Shown here: positions 1 to 11,988 of the stretch, piece after piece
Numbering within the stretch: the first letter of the stretch is position 1
How the letters are laid out: every line of letters starts with the position of its first letter
The notes under the pieces: generated by a model
Databases searched by the model: none
What the model was told of the DNA's origin: nothing
Seen by the model: the letters and a program-made list of their open reading frames with translations, nothing else
Source of the DNA: Guillardia theta CCMP2712
Taxonomy: Eukaryota; Protista; Cryptophyta
NCBI RefSeq assembly: GCF_000315625.1
Contig: NW_005434615.1
Coordinates: forward strand, 444,344 to 493,045
DNA: 48,702 nt
Reading direction: 5' to 3'
Position numbers and translations under genes: made by a program

Positions 1-1410
1 GAACGAAATCAGCAGCGCTCGGAATGACTCGCTTCTCAAGCTTCTGCAACTCCCAGGTTGACTGCCCACCTCCTCGCGCCACCACTCGCTGCTGCTGCTG
101 CTGCTGCTGCTGCTCCTCCTCCTCCTCCTCCTCCTCCTCCTCCTCCTCCTCCTCTGGCTCCAAACTCTGACGTCTTATGTTTCCCTTCCACAGCAACTCT
201 GGCTCGTTGGAAGCACGAGACGAGATCAGAAGGGCTCGAAGCACTGTCGACCTTCCGTTCTCCAACCACAACTCGCTCATCGAGGTACCTGCTGCCCTCC
301 ATCGTGATCGAGCACGGGCTGACGGTCGTTCCCAGTCCCACCCGCACCCGAACAAGAGCAGGAAGGCAAAAAAGGTTCCAACGGCTGTGGTGAACATCCT
401 GCAGCTCAAAAGATTCGCAGAGAGCCAAGACGGAGCTGAGCAGCTCGGGGCAGATGCTGGAGGATCGCAGCCGAGAGCCTGCGAGCTCGTTGACTACTCA
501 AGGTTGTGCTTGAAGCCAGAAATGTTGCGATGGTGTTGGTGGTGATGATGATGGTGACGATGATGACGACCACGACGATAAAAGAGACGGAGAAGTAGAG
601 TGGCTATGCAGAGGAGACTGATTTTGATACAGGTGGACAGAATTTTGGCGAGAGGAGGAGGAGCCTGTCGGAAGTTGTTGCTGGTCGTTGATGATGCTTC
701 ATCTGCCCGGTGCTGATTCTGTGACATCTCTCAGCCTGCAACTTTGTGCACGACAAGGAACAAGCGGTGAGGGAAGGAAAGGAGGAGAAGAAAAGCTGAG
801 ACTGAACCAGCAGCACGTTGGAGCTCCGCAGGCTGCGAGGAAGGAGTCTCTTCCTCCTCTTCCCCCTCTTCCTCCTTCTGGAAACGAGTTCAGCGCGGCT
901 CGGTTGGCGTCTTCCTCGGGCATGCGGACAGGTTTGCTGCCTCGCTGGTGTCACTGGATGTGATGGGGGTGGAGCAGACGGCTTCCAGCAATGTCGTCGT
1001 AGAGCCGCAAATAGAGGAAAGAGGTGAGGGGACTAGTTGCCTAGTCGTTGATGTTCCTCACCCGATGGAGCAGCACCAGCTACGACAACGTTGCTGACTT
1101 TGTCCGCCCCGCCCTCTCCTCTTCTCTTCTTCCTTCCTACCGAGCGAGCGCCTTCGCCGTGCCCAACAGCGTAAGCTGACCGACTCCTCTTCCTCCTCCC
1201 CTCTCATGCTCTACTTCAGATGCTGCGAGCCAACGGGATGGACTGCCTGCTTGACCGCGACGGAGACTCGGAGAGCGAGAGGAGCAGCAAGTCGCACTAC
1301 GAGCCAGGTTGCCCCCTCCCCTTCACACGCTTGACTAACTTGTTGGCCCCTGACAGTCACGCCCGGGCCACGGGCATGAGGAAGAAGAGGAACTTATTCT
1401 TTGATATTGA
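1..1410 (+). CDS. Hypothetical multi-exon protein, 5'-partial
   Basis: Exon-like blocks (NSGSLEARDEIRR..., ...LRANGMDCLLDRDGDSESERSSKSHYEP) separated by GT...CTGAC...AG introns containing (CCT)n and (GAT)n microsatellites. No domain recognised and ends are approximate. Confidence 0.45.
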
Positions 1411-1498
1411 TCGTAGAGTTTATTCTTTCACCTTGTATATATCGACACCTGTGAGCTTGACGATTAGAATACACCACCACAAGACCAGCAGGAGCACA

Positions 1499-2947
1499 TC
1501 AGAGCATCGGCTCGTTCTTGATCGGCATCATCCGCATCACCCCATCGATCCTGGCCTTCATCTGCTCCATCTCTCTCTTCTTGCTCCTCAGCTCCATCAG
1601 CGCCTCGTCCAGACTCTCCTCCACCTTCAACTTCCTCATCTCTGTCCTCATCAGCTTGCTCTTCACCCTCTCCAGCTCCTCCTTCAGCCTCTCCATATAG
1701 AAATCCTTCTCCTGGTCCGCCTTCTGCCTCCAGTCCATCTCCGCCTTGGCCTTCGCCAGGTTCATCCCGGCCATCCACCTCACCTCCTCCGCGTTCTTCA
1801 ACTTGATCTGCCACTGCTCCATGTCCGTCTGCATCGCCTGCACCCGGCTCTCCGCCCTCTGCCTGTGCGCTTGCGTCTCCTGCAGCGAGTTCTGCAGGCG
1901 GCTGATCTCGCGGTTCTTGTGCTCGAGCTTCTGCCTCGCCTCCATCTTCACGTTCTCGAGCTCCATCAGCACAGACGTCAGCTGCTCTCCTGACTTGCGC
2001 AGCCTCGCCACCTCCTCCGCAAGGGACTCTGCCTCCCTCATCTTCAGCTTGAGCTTCTCCTCGAAGCGCGACTCGATCTCACGCCTCATCCTCCTCTCCT
2101 CCTCCACTTCCCGCTCCTTGTTGTCCAGGTCGGCTTTGTACCTCTGGACCTCTGCCTGCGCCATCAGCGAGGACTCCTTCCACCGAGCTGCAGCAGCATC
2201 CTCAACGCGACTGGCACCGCCGGCCTGCTTCAAGTTCTCGATCTCAAGATCTTTCTGCAGCAGGGCATCCCTGGCTTTCGCAAGCTCCTGATCCAACCTG
2301 TCGAGCACGTCATAGGGGATCTCTCCTCCCTCGTCTGACTGCTCGCCGGCCTCCACGTTGCTGCTCAACTGCAGCTGCTCCTCCAGCTCCTCCTCCATCC
2401 TCCTTATCTCCGCTTGCAACGATTCAATCAGGACGTCCTTGGACCTCAGAGCATCCTCGTACTCCGACGAGAGACCTCCCTTCAAGTTCTGTACCTCGTC
2501 TTCCAGCTCTTCGTTTCTTCTTCTCAGCTCCTCGTTCTCTTCCTCCAGCTCTCGCATCCTTGTCTCCGTGTCCACGCTCTCCTCCCCTCCTGTCCCGTCC
2601 CCTTCCCCCGTTTCTGATTTCATCTCAGCCGGCAGGTCTGGAGGGACATCATCGTCTTCCCCGCTCGCAGACGTTGCGTTTGCTTCCTTGATACTTCCCG
2701 AGTCCTCCTTTACCATCTTGTCCTCCTCCTCTGAAGCCCCTCCGGCGACGCCTTCACTGCCGGCACCTTCCTTCGCTTGGTCTGCTGACGGTTCTTGCGC
2801 TTGCATCGGCGCTTCTCCTCCCGCCCTCTCCACTTCTGCTGCTCCTGATCCAGATGCTATCTCTGCTCCTGCTACCTCTGCTCCTCCTCCTCCTCCTCCT
2901 CCTCCTCCTCCTCCTGTGGCCGCCGCTGCTGCTTCGTGCTCCATCAC
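1499..2947 (-). CDS. Long coiled-coil protein (482 aa) with Ala/Gly/Glu-rich N-terminus
   Basis: Uninterrupted ORF. The C-terminal two-thirds has E/K/L/R heptad-like composition. Confidence 0.75.
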   Translation of the reverse strand: MMEHEAAAAATGGGGGGGGGGGAEVAGAEIASGSGAAEVERAGGEAPMQAQEPSADQAKEGAGSEGVAGGASEEEDKMVKEDSGSIKEANATSASGEDDDVPPDLPAEMKSETGEGDGTGGEESVDTETRMRELEEENEELRRRNEELEDEVQNLKGGLSSEYEDALRSKDVLIESLQAEIRRMEEELEEQLQLSSNVEAGEQSDEGGEIPYDVLDRLDQELAKARDALLQKDLEIENLKQAGGASRVEDAAAARWKESSLMAQAEVQRYKADLDNKEREVEEERRMRREIESRFEEKLKLKMREAESLAEEVARLRKSGEQLTSVLMELENVKMEARQKLEHKNREISRLQNSLQETQAHRQRAESRVQAMQTDMEQWQIKLKNAEEVRWMAGMNLAKAKAEMDWRQKADQEKDFYMERLKEELERVKSKLMRTEMRKLKVEESLDEALMELRSKKREMEQMKARIDGVMRMMPIKNEPML

Positions 2948-3231
2948 CGCATTTCAACGTACATTCACCCCTCATCCCCCACTGACCAAGCCGTTTTTTT
3001 CAGTTGTGAATGTTGAAAGGAGGGGTGGTATTTAGTTTAACCAAGGGGGTCATATGTTGAGGGGTTGCTGGGGACAGGGTGTATGGTAGAGGAGGGGTGG
3101 TATTCCAGGGAGGAAGGGGGGTTATGAAGTAGGGGTGGGTGGGTGGGTATATTTGTTGTCGGGTGGCTGTACAGGCGCAATGGCAGAACTTCGCGAAGAT
3201 GTCGATGAGGTGACGACGATGCCGAAGATGC

Positions 3232-3332
3232 GCTCATCCTCTCCCTCCTCCTCGCATCTCTCCCTCCTCTCCCTCTTCTCCTCGCATCTCTCCCTCCTCT
3301 CCCTCTTCTCCTAACATCTCTCCCTCCTTCCA
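3232..3332. repeat. ~30-bp pyrimidine-rich tandem repeat, about 3 copies
   Basis: ctcctcgcatctctccctcctctccctctt repeated. Confidence 0.7.
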
Positions 3333-3425
3333 TCTTTCCGTCTGCTTCTCCGTTCTCGTCTTCGTGCTTTTCCCACTCCTATCTTTGCGTGTTTACATAA
3401 GGAGGCGGAACTTGTCCAGGGTGAA

Positions 3426-5027
3426 ATGAGTTCACTGAGAGGGGGAGAGAAGCAGAGGAGGTGCGAGATGTCAAGAAAGTCTGTGGTGCCTGCACGCGAG
3501 AGAGAGAAACATCAAACTGAGAGAGAGGAGGGGGAGGGAGCCATCGTTTGTGCTGGTCTCCTGTGACTCTGAATGTCCAAAAGCTGCTGGCAAAGCACGC
3601 ACAAGACATCAACTTGCTACGAACAGAGGTAAGACACGAAGTGGAAGTGCTGAAAGCTCGTTGAAGAGTGATACACTATCAGGTTCTTGATGTGATACAA
3701 GGAGTCGAGGAATACGATGACATCTTTCTCCTGCGATTCGTCCTCACCCGTGACTGACATGCTGGCATGGCGTCGACCTGACAGACCTGCTGCTGCAGAC
3801 CTGAGCCGAGGAGGGCTGCAAGCACAGGCCGAGGCCGTCAGGAAGACAGTCAAGTTCAGGCAGGACAATCGCGAGATCCTGTCAGAGGTGAAGACGCGCC
3901 TTCGCATGCTCGATGGTGATGCGGGCAGGTTGTGAGGACTAAGAAGCCGCCAAATCACGACATCTTCATCAAGTTTCAGGTGTGAGGAAAGAGAGGAGGA
4001 GAATCAGGAGTGGGAGCAGGAGATGATGAGGATGGAGATGAGGAGGACGAGGAGGAGAGCAAGAAAGGCTCAGAACGCACGTTTGACTTCCTCCTAGGCA
4101 GCTGGATACGTCGGTGACCTGGGAGGAATGGAGCCGATCCACGTGGTAGGATAACATGCTGTTGCTGCCCATGGAGGATGAGCAGGAGGGAAAGGAGCGG
4201 AGGAGGAGGAGGGAGCAGGAGCAGGAGCAGGAGAAGGAGAAGGAGGAGGAGGACGACGAGGAGGAGGACGGACCACCAGTTCAAGAGCGGACATTGTGTA
4301 AGCAAGGGCCTCATGAAACCGCTCATCCCCGAGCAACTGGCGGAATGGCCGCTGTATCTAAAGGTTATGATGCTGCTGGTTATCCTCCTCCTCCTCCTCC
4401 TCCTCCTCCTCCTCCTCCTCCTGTTACTCCTCCTCTCTCCTCCTCCTCCTGTTGCTCCTACTCCTGCTTACTACTACTACTACTTCTCCTCATCCCAGGG
4501 TTGGCAGTGAACGTTTTGCGGCAGGAGATCTACTTCCGGATATGCGACGAGAGAACGAGGAAGACGAGAAAGATTGTCAAGACCCTCACCGTTATGGACA
4601 TGGATGGTTACTCCATCTTCGACGGCGATTCTCGCTTCTTCAAAGTAGCTTTCCCCTAGCCGCCTGACCCCCTCGTGATTTTCTCGCGCAGGCGTTGGGG
4701 GAGTCGTCCAAGGTAGAGCATGCTCCTGTACCGGACGACACCTCTTAGTTGACAGCATGAAAGTTGTCGGCGATTTACTACCCTCAGCTGCTGGGAAAGA
4801 CCGTCATGCTCAACGCTCCTTCCTTCATGCGCGCGCTCATGTCAACCGCCTCCGTCTTCCTGCCCAAGTCAGGTCGAGGCTCCTGCTGACTCCTGTCCTG
4901 ATACCCCAGCAGGTCGACTCTCGACAAGATCGCCTTCTGCCCTGCGAGCCGAGCAGCGCTCTACGCAAGGAAGGTGTGAGATAAAAGTCCCTGGGGGGAG
5001 CCGGGGGGGGGAGGGTGGCAGGAGGAG

Positions 5028-5068
<41 letters not shown>

Positions 5069-5485
5069 GCGATTGGGAGGAGGCAGGAAGAGAGTAGAAG
5101 CAGGGCAGAGCCTTTCTGGTGCTGCCGATTGACTTCACGTAGGATGCGAAGGATCTCAAATGCCCGTTCCTGCAGAAGATGACAGGAGGTGAAGGATGTG
5201 CGAACCTGCCGGACTTTCTCGGTGGATGCCAGGAGCCGCCGGAGAACTTCAAGCCGAGGGCGCAGTCAGGGCATGTGAAGGTGAGAGGGGGAGGAGAAAA
5301 ACGAGCTGGTTTGTCCCATCAGTGAGAGCAGAGCAAGAGTCGAGGAGGAAGACGAGGAGAGAGGGATGGGAGATGGGAGGATGTTAACGAGGGTCGCAGA
5401 TCAATGTTGGCAGTCGCTCATGCAAGGAGATCAACTTCGAGGTCCCGATTGCTGGGTTACATGCGTTGTGGGAGGTGAGGACGAA

Positions 5486-5575
<90 letters not shown>

Positions 5576-6060
5576 GGGGTTGTTGAGGAAGGAAGCTAAG
5601 GAGGAAAAGGAGAAATCGTGTAACGAGGAGCGGGGTAGGAGGACGGTGACGGGCAGCAGGTGACGGTGGAAGACTTTGGGATCGACATGAGCGCTGAGCT
5701 GATCCCATCGGATGGTTCAGAGCCGCTGGAGGTTATGAAGGTGCAGAAGATCAAAGCGAACGTGAGCTGCTGCCTCGTCCCCTCCCTCTCTCATCCTCCT
5801 CGCAGAACGGTCTCACCTCTGGTGACTGGATCCTGCCGACAGCAGGACAGCTGCTGGTCCGTTTCGACAACTCTTACAGGTCCTTTCCATCCCACCACCA
5901 CCACCTCCTCTTCCTCCTCGTTCACCTCCTTCTCCTTCTCTGAACTGCCTTTAGCGTTCTTCGATCCAAGAACATCGAATACCGGATCATGGTCTCTCCT
6001 TCACAGACAGAACAGGAAAACGATCTCACCAACAATTCAGACAATCTCTCTGTACTATAA
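3426..6060 (+). CDS. SEC14-like lipid-binding protein (CRAL-TRIO N, CRAL-TRIO and C-terminal GOLD domain), many short exons
   Basis: Spliced exons give EEYDDIFLLRFVL (CRAL-TRIO N); TLTVMDMDGYSI, SAIYYPQLLGKTVMLNAPSF and STLDKIAF (CRAL-TRIO); LHALWE|VTVEDFGIDMS and GQLLVRFDNSYS|VLRSKNIEYRI (GOLD). Stop TAA at 6058-6060. Start codon uncertain. Confidence 0.85.
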
Positions 6061-6082
6061 AAACTCCTCCTCCTCCTCCTCC

Positions 6083-8384
6083 TCACACAAGGGTGCTGAC
6101 ATGTCCGTGCTGCACACGTCGGATGCGGTGGTTCATGCAGTCGGCGATCAAGACGCTTCTGCTCGCCTCGTCCCACGCGACCCCGTGAGGACGATTGAGC
6201 CGCGCCTGCCGCTGGCATGAGAGGCTGCAACAAGAGAGCGAGACAGGGGGTGGGGGAGGGGGGAGCAGCTGGTGAGAAGAAAGGGGAGGGGGGAGGGCGG
6301 GAAGAAGGGGAAAGGGAGGGGAGCAGAGCAGCTGGTGAGAGAAGAGTGACGGGTTTTAGGAGGTTGACAGACATTCGGTGGGTGCCGGGGGGTTGGGGAG
6401 GGCGAGCAGGCAGAAGAGAGGAAGAGTGAAAGAAGGGAACAGGTTGAGGAGGAGAATCCACCTGATCCACAGGACCGTCGACGTATCCTGACTCCGGTAG
6501 CATGCGACCCTCCGAATCTTTTGATGTCTGACGACGAGCCATGAGCACCTAAGAGAGCAGGAGAAGAGGCAGGAGAGTCACCTTGCCTACCACAGTCGTC
6601 ACCAGCCAGTCGCCGCGGACTCGTCGGAGGAGACGGATAGCGCTGTTGCTGAAATCTACCGAGTGCAGGACAAGGAAGACTGGATCAGTACAGGTACTTG
6701 GGGGAGGAGAGGATGGAGTGGAATAGAGGTTGGGAAGCCGCCAGGAGAAAAGAAAGAGATGAGAGCAGAGGAGAAGAGGAGGGAAGCAGAGCAGAGCAGA
6801 GGGAAGTCACCGCTGATCAAGATCTCTTGCTCGTTGACAACCGCCAGGCCCGTCGGACAGTTGAATCTCGCGCTAGAGGAGGAGCTTAAGAGGATGCTGT
6901 CAGCTCAATCCCTCACCTTTCGCCCTCTCCGTCCTCAAACCCTGACTGCCCTGACCGCGACCCCGCGATCAACGTCACCGTCCAGTTCCTGTCCTCGTCT
7001 CTGACTGGCTCGTCATCGCCACCATCGTTCACGCGTGAGGCCTCCCGACCTCGTGATGTGGCGGATTGCATGGTTGTACGTGTCGGCGATGAAAATGTTC
7101 TCGCCGCTCTGATCCGCCGAGATGCCACCGGGATGATTGAACAACGCTTCCTTCCCACATCCACTCGTCATGCTCCCCCCTTCCCCTTCCCCTTCCCCTT
7201 CCCCTTCCCCCCCTCCTCCTCCTTTGTCCTCTTCCTCCTGCTCGTTCTCCTCTTCCTCCTCGTCCTCGTCCTCCTCCTCGTCCTCTCGCCCTACCTTAAT
7301 GCTCCCATCCCTCAGCCCTGGTTTCGACAAGTTACTCCCTGCCCACGTGACCACATGCTCTCCTACCCTGACATGCAGTCAGTTACGAGCAGCGGAGGAT
7401 CAAGCGCCATCACCCGTTGGTGATGAAAACCTTTCTGATGCAGTTGTTGTCGAAATCAGCAACTAGCAGGTGCTCTGCCTGCCTGTCGTGTCAGACGAGC
7501 AGCGGGCAGGCAACTCGCAGCACCCCGTCCATGTCTTGAAACAGAACGTCATGAGGATAGCAGAACTTGCACTCCCCCACAGGCCCATCCACGTGCCCCT
7601 TCGCTCCATGGCCTGAGCGTCAAGACTTTAGTAGGGAGAGGACGAGGAAGGGGGGGGGGGGGGGGGGGGGGGGGAGGTGAGATAGGGGTAGGGAGGGACA
7701 GGAGAGGCAAGGAAGGAGGGAGCGCGAAGAGGGTGGAGGGGAGGGACCTGCTATAGTCACAACATCTGCGTGCACCAGGTCCTCCATGCTCTTCGCTTCC
7801 ACATTTATGCGGATCGAACTGACTCGTCTCACCGCCTGGTTGTAAGCATCGGCCACGAACAGCTCCATCCTGCTGTTCACGCAGAGCCCATGAGGCCCGT
7901 TGAAGGACGTCTCCTCCACCCTTCCATCCACGTGCCCCTCTCCGCCCTTGCCGATGGCGCAGAACTCCATCCCCTCGCGAGTAGTCAGAAGCATCCTGTT
8001 GCCCCAGCAATCGGCGATCACGATGCAGCTGATGCCCCCGCTGAGAACGGCGACGGCGTGAGGACCGTTCAAGGTCACTGCCGGCGGGTCTTGGCATGGC
8101 AGAGGCTCCTCCGAGAGCGTGAGCGTTTGATCAAGCACCGAGCAGCTCGTCTCATCCAGAGCATCCGGACGTCCTCTCTCGCTCTGCACCGTCACCTCCA
8201 AGTCATCTGCTTCCTCGGCCTGGAAGCTCCAGCCTTGGCTGAAAGACGCCGTGAGCATGGAAATTCGCTGGCTGATAAGATCCGAGAAGCTGTCCCCCCC
8301 CTCTCCCTCCAGCATTGACGCCTCTTCTCCTTCGACCGCGATCTCTGAACTCTCATGCTTGTTGTCTTCGTATCGTTCAGTCAT
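6083..8384 (-). CDS. NHL-repeat beta-propeller protein, multi-exon
   Basis: Repeated G(H/Y)VDG...F/L-N-x-P-x-G/A...IAD-x-x-N-x-x-(I/V)R motifs: FNGPHGLCVNSRMELFVADAYNQAVRRV, LFNHPGGISADQSGENIFIADTYNHAIRHI, LNRPHGVAWDEASRSVLIADCMNHRIRRV. Stop at 6083-6085. Start at MTERY is assumed. Confidence 0.85.
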
Positions 8385-9818
8385 CTGGCATGCACTGCCA
8401 CCTGCGATCTTTCCTCCTCGTCTGCTCTCTCCTCCCCTTCCTTCCCTTGTCCTTCTCTTCCTTCCCTTGTCCTCCCTTCCTGCCCTTGCTCTCCGACGTC
8501 TTGGCACACCAATAGGCTCCTTTTGTTCAGTGTTCTGGTCCGGGCCCGCTCCGTTGATCGGACCGGACGGACCGGCTCCATCCATCGGGCCCGGAGCCTC
8601 ATTTCAGTGCCGGGCAGGGAAGTAAAAGTGCGAGTTGAGTAAAAGAAGCTGACGCACTGAAACGTTTTGACCCTTTTTTACGGGACCCGCAAAAGTTTCT
8701 TTTTTCGTCGCCTTGAGGACCGTTATACCCCCCAAGGGGATAGAGACGGTAGCACCCCTATAGGACACAACTCATAGGGAATCACGTAGGACACGACGCA
8801 TAGGCTACGGTCACCTGTTGTGCTGTACGATGAACTTCCATACCTCAGCCTAAGACCACTACCCCCCTCCCTCCCCCGACCTTCCACCGGTTCAATGGAA
8901 CAGTTCAGTCCCCTGGTGATCACCTGGCACACCCGGGCCCCGCAATCTCGAGATACAATGGTACAGTACGGCAGTCATGACCCCTGGAGAACTAGAGCCA
9001 TCGGTATGGATTGGTACGGCACTGCTTGACACTCTCAGGTCCTATCACCTGCATTACGTGGTCATATACTTGATAAGACTTCACGGTCAGCCAGTGAGCC
9101 CTAAAAGTTAGTACCATTTTTATTTTGTACTAAAGTCCCCTACTGGTACAATCTGAGCTTATGTGGTTTACAAGTTCAGTTTTAGCTCTCCCCCATTACT
9201 ACACCCGGAGTGGACCCCTGGCATGTAACCCCACCCCCCTTCCCAGTAAGACCGAAGTATCACACCATTCTAACGTGTCGGTTTTGTTAACAGGGCAAGG
9301 GTGGGGTGATGAGGGCTATTTCAGGGGGTACGGGAACCATTATGGTTTACTTCCTGTGTGACTGGGATGGAAGGGGTGGGGCCCACTCAAGAGGCGCCTC
9401 GCCTCCATGGTTGCGGTAGAGTACCGGTCTGAAATAGGTGTGACACCAGGGTGGTAAGAGGTAGCAATTTTGGTAGTAGGAGGGGTGAGGGGTCTGAGGG
9501 ATTCAGGTGGGGTGGGGGATGGCGGGAGGGGTCAGGTGCAGAACTTGCTGAGCGAGTGTCACATGAATAGAAGTGTTTGACGTGTGCAACTGAACCGACT
9601 GAGAAGAACAAGAGCGGCAAGGAGCATAAGGACAAACACTAGGTCAAGGACAAGGACAATAGCGTACCCTGAAGCATTGGAGAGTGGAGCTCGCTACAAG
9701 GATAAACTGTTGGTGGCGTGAAGCGTAGCAGTGAAGATAAGCCAGAAGGGTCAGCTCCAAGCGACAACTACGTGGTAGGAGACTTTGAGTGGCCTACGAA
9801 AGAGACGCCATCTATTCA

Positions 9819-10199
9819 ATGGAGCAACCCCAAATTCTTAGCGACCACCTGACAGCTCGCATCGATAGTTTATTGAAAGCTGCAACAGATAGAAGAGCAA
9901 GGGCCGATGCATTGCTCCTGCGCATGGAGAGTTGTGACAGCAGCAGTAGTGGCAGCAGCGCTCCTTCTTCCCCCTGCCATTGGAGCAGGAGGGGATCTAA
10001 GAACCTCGACGCCCTCTACAGCGAGGCTCAGCTGATGGGCTTGCAACTGCAGAGCATCTTGCGTATGGTCTCATCCATGGAGTATCCTGCAGTTTATAAG
10101 TGCGAGAGCTGTGGAGGATACATGAACCAAGAAACTGTGGATGTCGAAGGATACATTAACCAAGAAACTGAAGATATGAGCCCAAGGTATCTCTTCTGA
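9819..10199 (+). CDS. Small hypothetical protein (helical, one CxxC)
   Basis: ORF MEQPQILS...CESCGG...YLF* followed by an AT-rich, 3'-UTR-like tract. No family recognised. Confidence 0.45.
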   Translation: MEQPQILSDHLTARIDSLLKAATDRRARADALLLRMESCDSSSSGSSAPSSPCHWSRRGSKNLDALYSEAQLMGLQLQSILRMVSSMEYPAVYKCESCGGYMNQETVDVEGYINQETEDMSPRYLF

Positions 10200-10553
10200 T
10201 CGTCTTGAAAACAAGGATCGTCGAATGTACGTGCTGCCCGTTTTGTGGCAGCGGGTGGCATTAGCAAGCGCAGGTGAAAAATTTATATAATGAATTAATC
10301 AACTATAAATGAATCTTTGATTGCATCAGTGTTGTTTGCGCTTTTTCATGAGAAAGCAAAAGTGGAATGAGTAATATCTAACAAGAAGCAGGAAAAAATG
10401 TCGTAGAGAAATTCGGTCCTGAAGAATACTATTTGCGAAGACCGTCAATATCATACACTTCCAAAGGTCGCAAAAGAAGAATTTCAGAGGATGTTCGAGA
10501 GAAACGATGAATGGGGCAAAAGAGGTGCAACAGAGTCGTTGTTGGAGTGCGAG

Positions 10554-11232
10554 TTATGCAAGGTGACTGGCCAAGTCAAGTGTCAGGATTTCATCGATGT
10601 TTGGGATGTTCTTGGCAAAGTTCACAAAACTCTTTCCGTGTATCTGGCCGTCGTTGCCAGGGTCTCCTCCCTTCTGCACGATCTCTGTCACCTACAAGCA
10701 CGAGTCGGTCAGGAGCAAGTGCCCCTCAAGCCAGCAGGAGGGCTCACCGTCGTCTTGATCAGTGCCTCTCGATCCTCCACACTCATGTCTGGACGAACCT
10801 GGAGAACAAAACTTTCAGACAAGAGCAAGTGCCTCAGGTGGACGACAGGGTCACCAGGGAGATGATTTGGTGCAGCTCGGAGATATCGAGCGTATCATCC
10901 AGGTTGTAATCAAACAAATCAAAGATGAAAGCCAGTTTCTCCACAACAGGCTTGCCAGGCCTGAAAATAGCAGCCGTCCTTACAAACGTGTCGAAGGTCA
11001 CTTCCCCGAATTCGTTCTTCGACATGATGGCAAAGATCCTCTTGACGTAGGGGTTTGCCGCCAGGTTCGGGTTGCTGCTCAGATCTTCAGCACACAGGTT
11101 GTTGGACTTCTTGCAGAGGAAGCGGAATCTACGAAACAGAAACTCCAGCTCAGGAGGCGAGAATCCCGTCTCCTTGACATATTTCTGCACTTGCTTTTCC
11201 GAAAGTAGCTTCGAAGATGCCCCTGCACCCAT
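10554..11232 (-). CDS. N-myristoylated calcineurin-B/CHP/CIB-like EF-hand protein, about 3 exons
   Basis: MGAGAS myristoylation motif; ETGFSPPELEFLFRRFRFL, LAANPYVKRIF, EKLAFIFDLFDYNLDDTLDISEL; last exon DPGNDGQIHGKSFVNFAKNIPNIDEILTLDLASHLA*. Confidence 0.85.
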
Positions 11233-11888
11233 CGCACATGCGCGTCTTGGCGGTTGAGGTTGTGATCAGAGAATCAGGACCTTCTCTCACACTCACAGAA
11301 GCACAACCTGAAAGCAACGTCAGGAAGTACAGAAAGGATGATCAACCAACATTATCTAATGTTTCCTCATGAGCGACGAAGCGCCCGACTTGCGTTTCCT
11401 TCTGCTGATTAACCACCATCATATAAGTTATCTGAATTCTATGCGCAGGTCATCTAATGTCTCCCATCGTGTGCGCATGGCTTGACTCTAACAGTGTTTC
11501 ACTTTGACCAAATCAAAATGCAATAATTTCTTTCGTTGACAATTCACAAACGTACTGGTAGACTTTCCAGTCATGTCCCATCAGCTTCTGCCTTGTATCT
11601 GCCTTGTAGCTGTATGCAAGAGCTAACTGTTCACTCCCCCCCTCCCTCTCCCTTCACCCCTCAACGCCTTCCTGTACCAGCCATGCCCCACTGCAGCATG
11701 CATGCCCCATGCAGTGCCTGCTCCTCTCCTGCCTGCATGTCAGCGCTGGACCTCCAAGCTGGATGTCATGGTGTGGCCGGCAGATTCAGCACCAACTGCT
11801 CAAACGTAACGGATGTAACGTTATGTAACGTATATAACGGTGAAAAATCAGTATTGCCACGGTGTGATGTTCGTCATCCGGTGTCAGG

Positions 11889-11988
11889 NNNNNNNNNNNN
11901 NNNNNNNNNNNNNNNNNNNNNNNNNNNNNNNNNNNNNNNNNNNNNNNNNNNNNNNNNNNNNNNNNNNNNNNNNNNNNNNNNNNNNNNN
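11889..11988. other. Assembly gap (100 N)
   Basis: Run of N. Confidence 1.

Noticed and set aside
1220-3035. Long plus-strand ORFs over the coiled-coil gene
   Set aside because: They are antisense shadows of a codon-biased minus-strand CDS.
5366-5708. Poly-DE, poly-RT and poly-RP ORFs
   Set aside because: They are translations of an intronic (GAGGAC)n microsatellite in the SEC14 gene.
7650-7674. G25 homopolymer as a functional element
   Set aside because: It lies in an NHL-gene intron among many other simple repeats, and its length may be a sequencing artefact.
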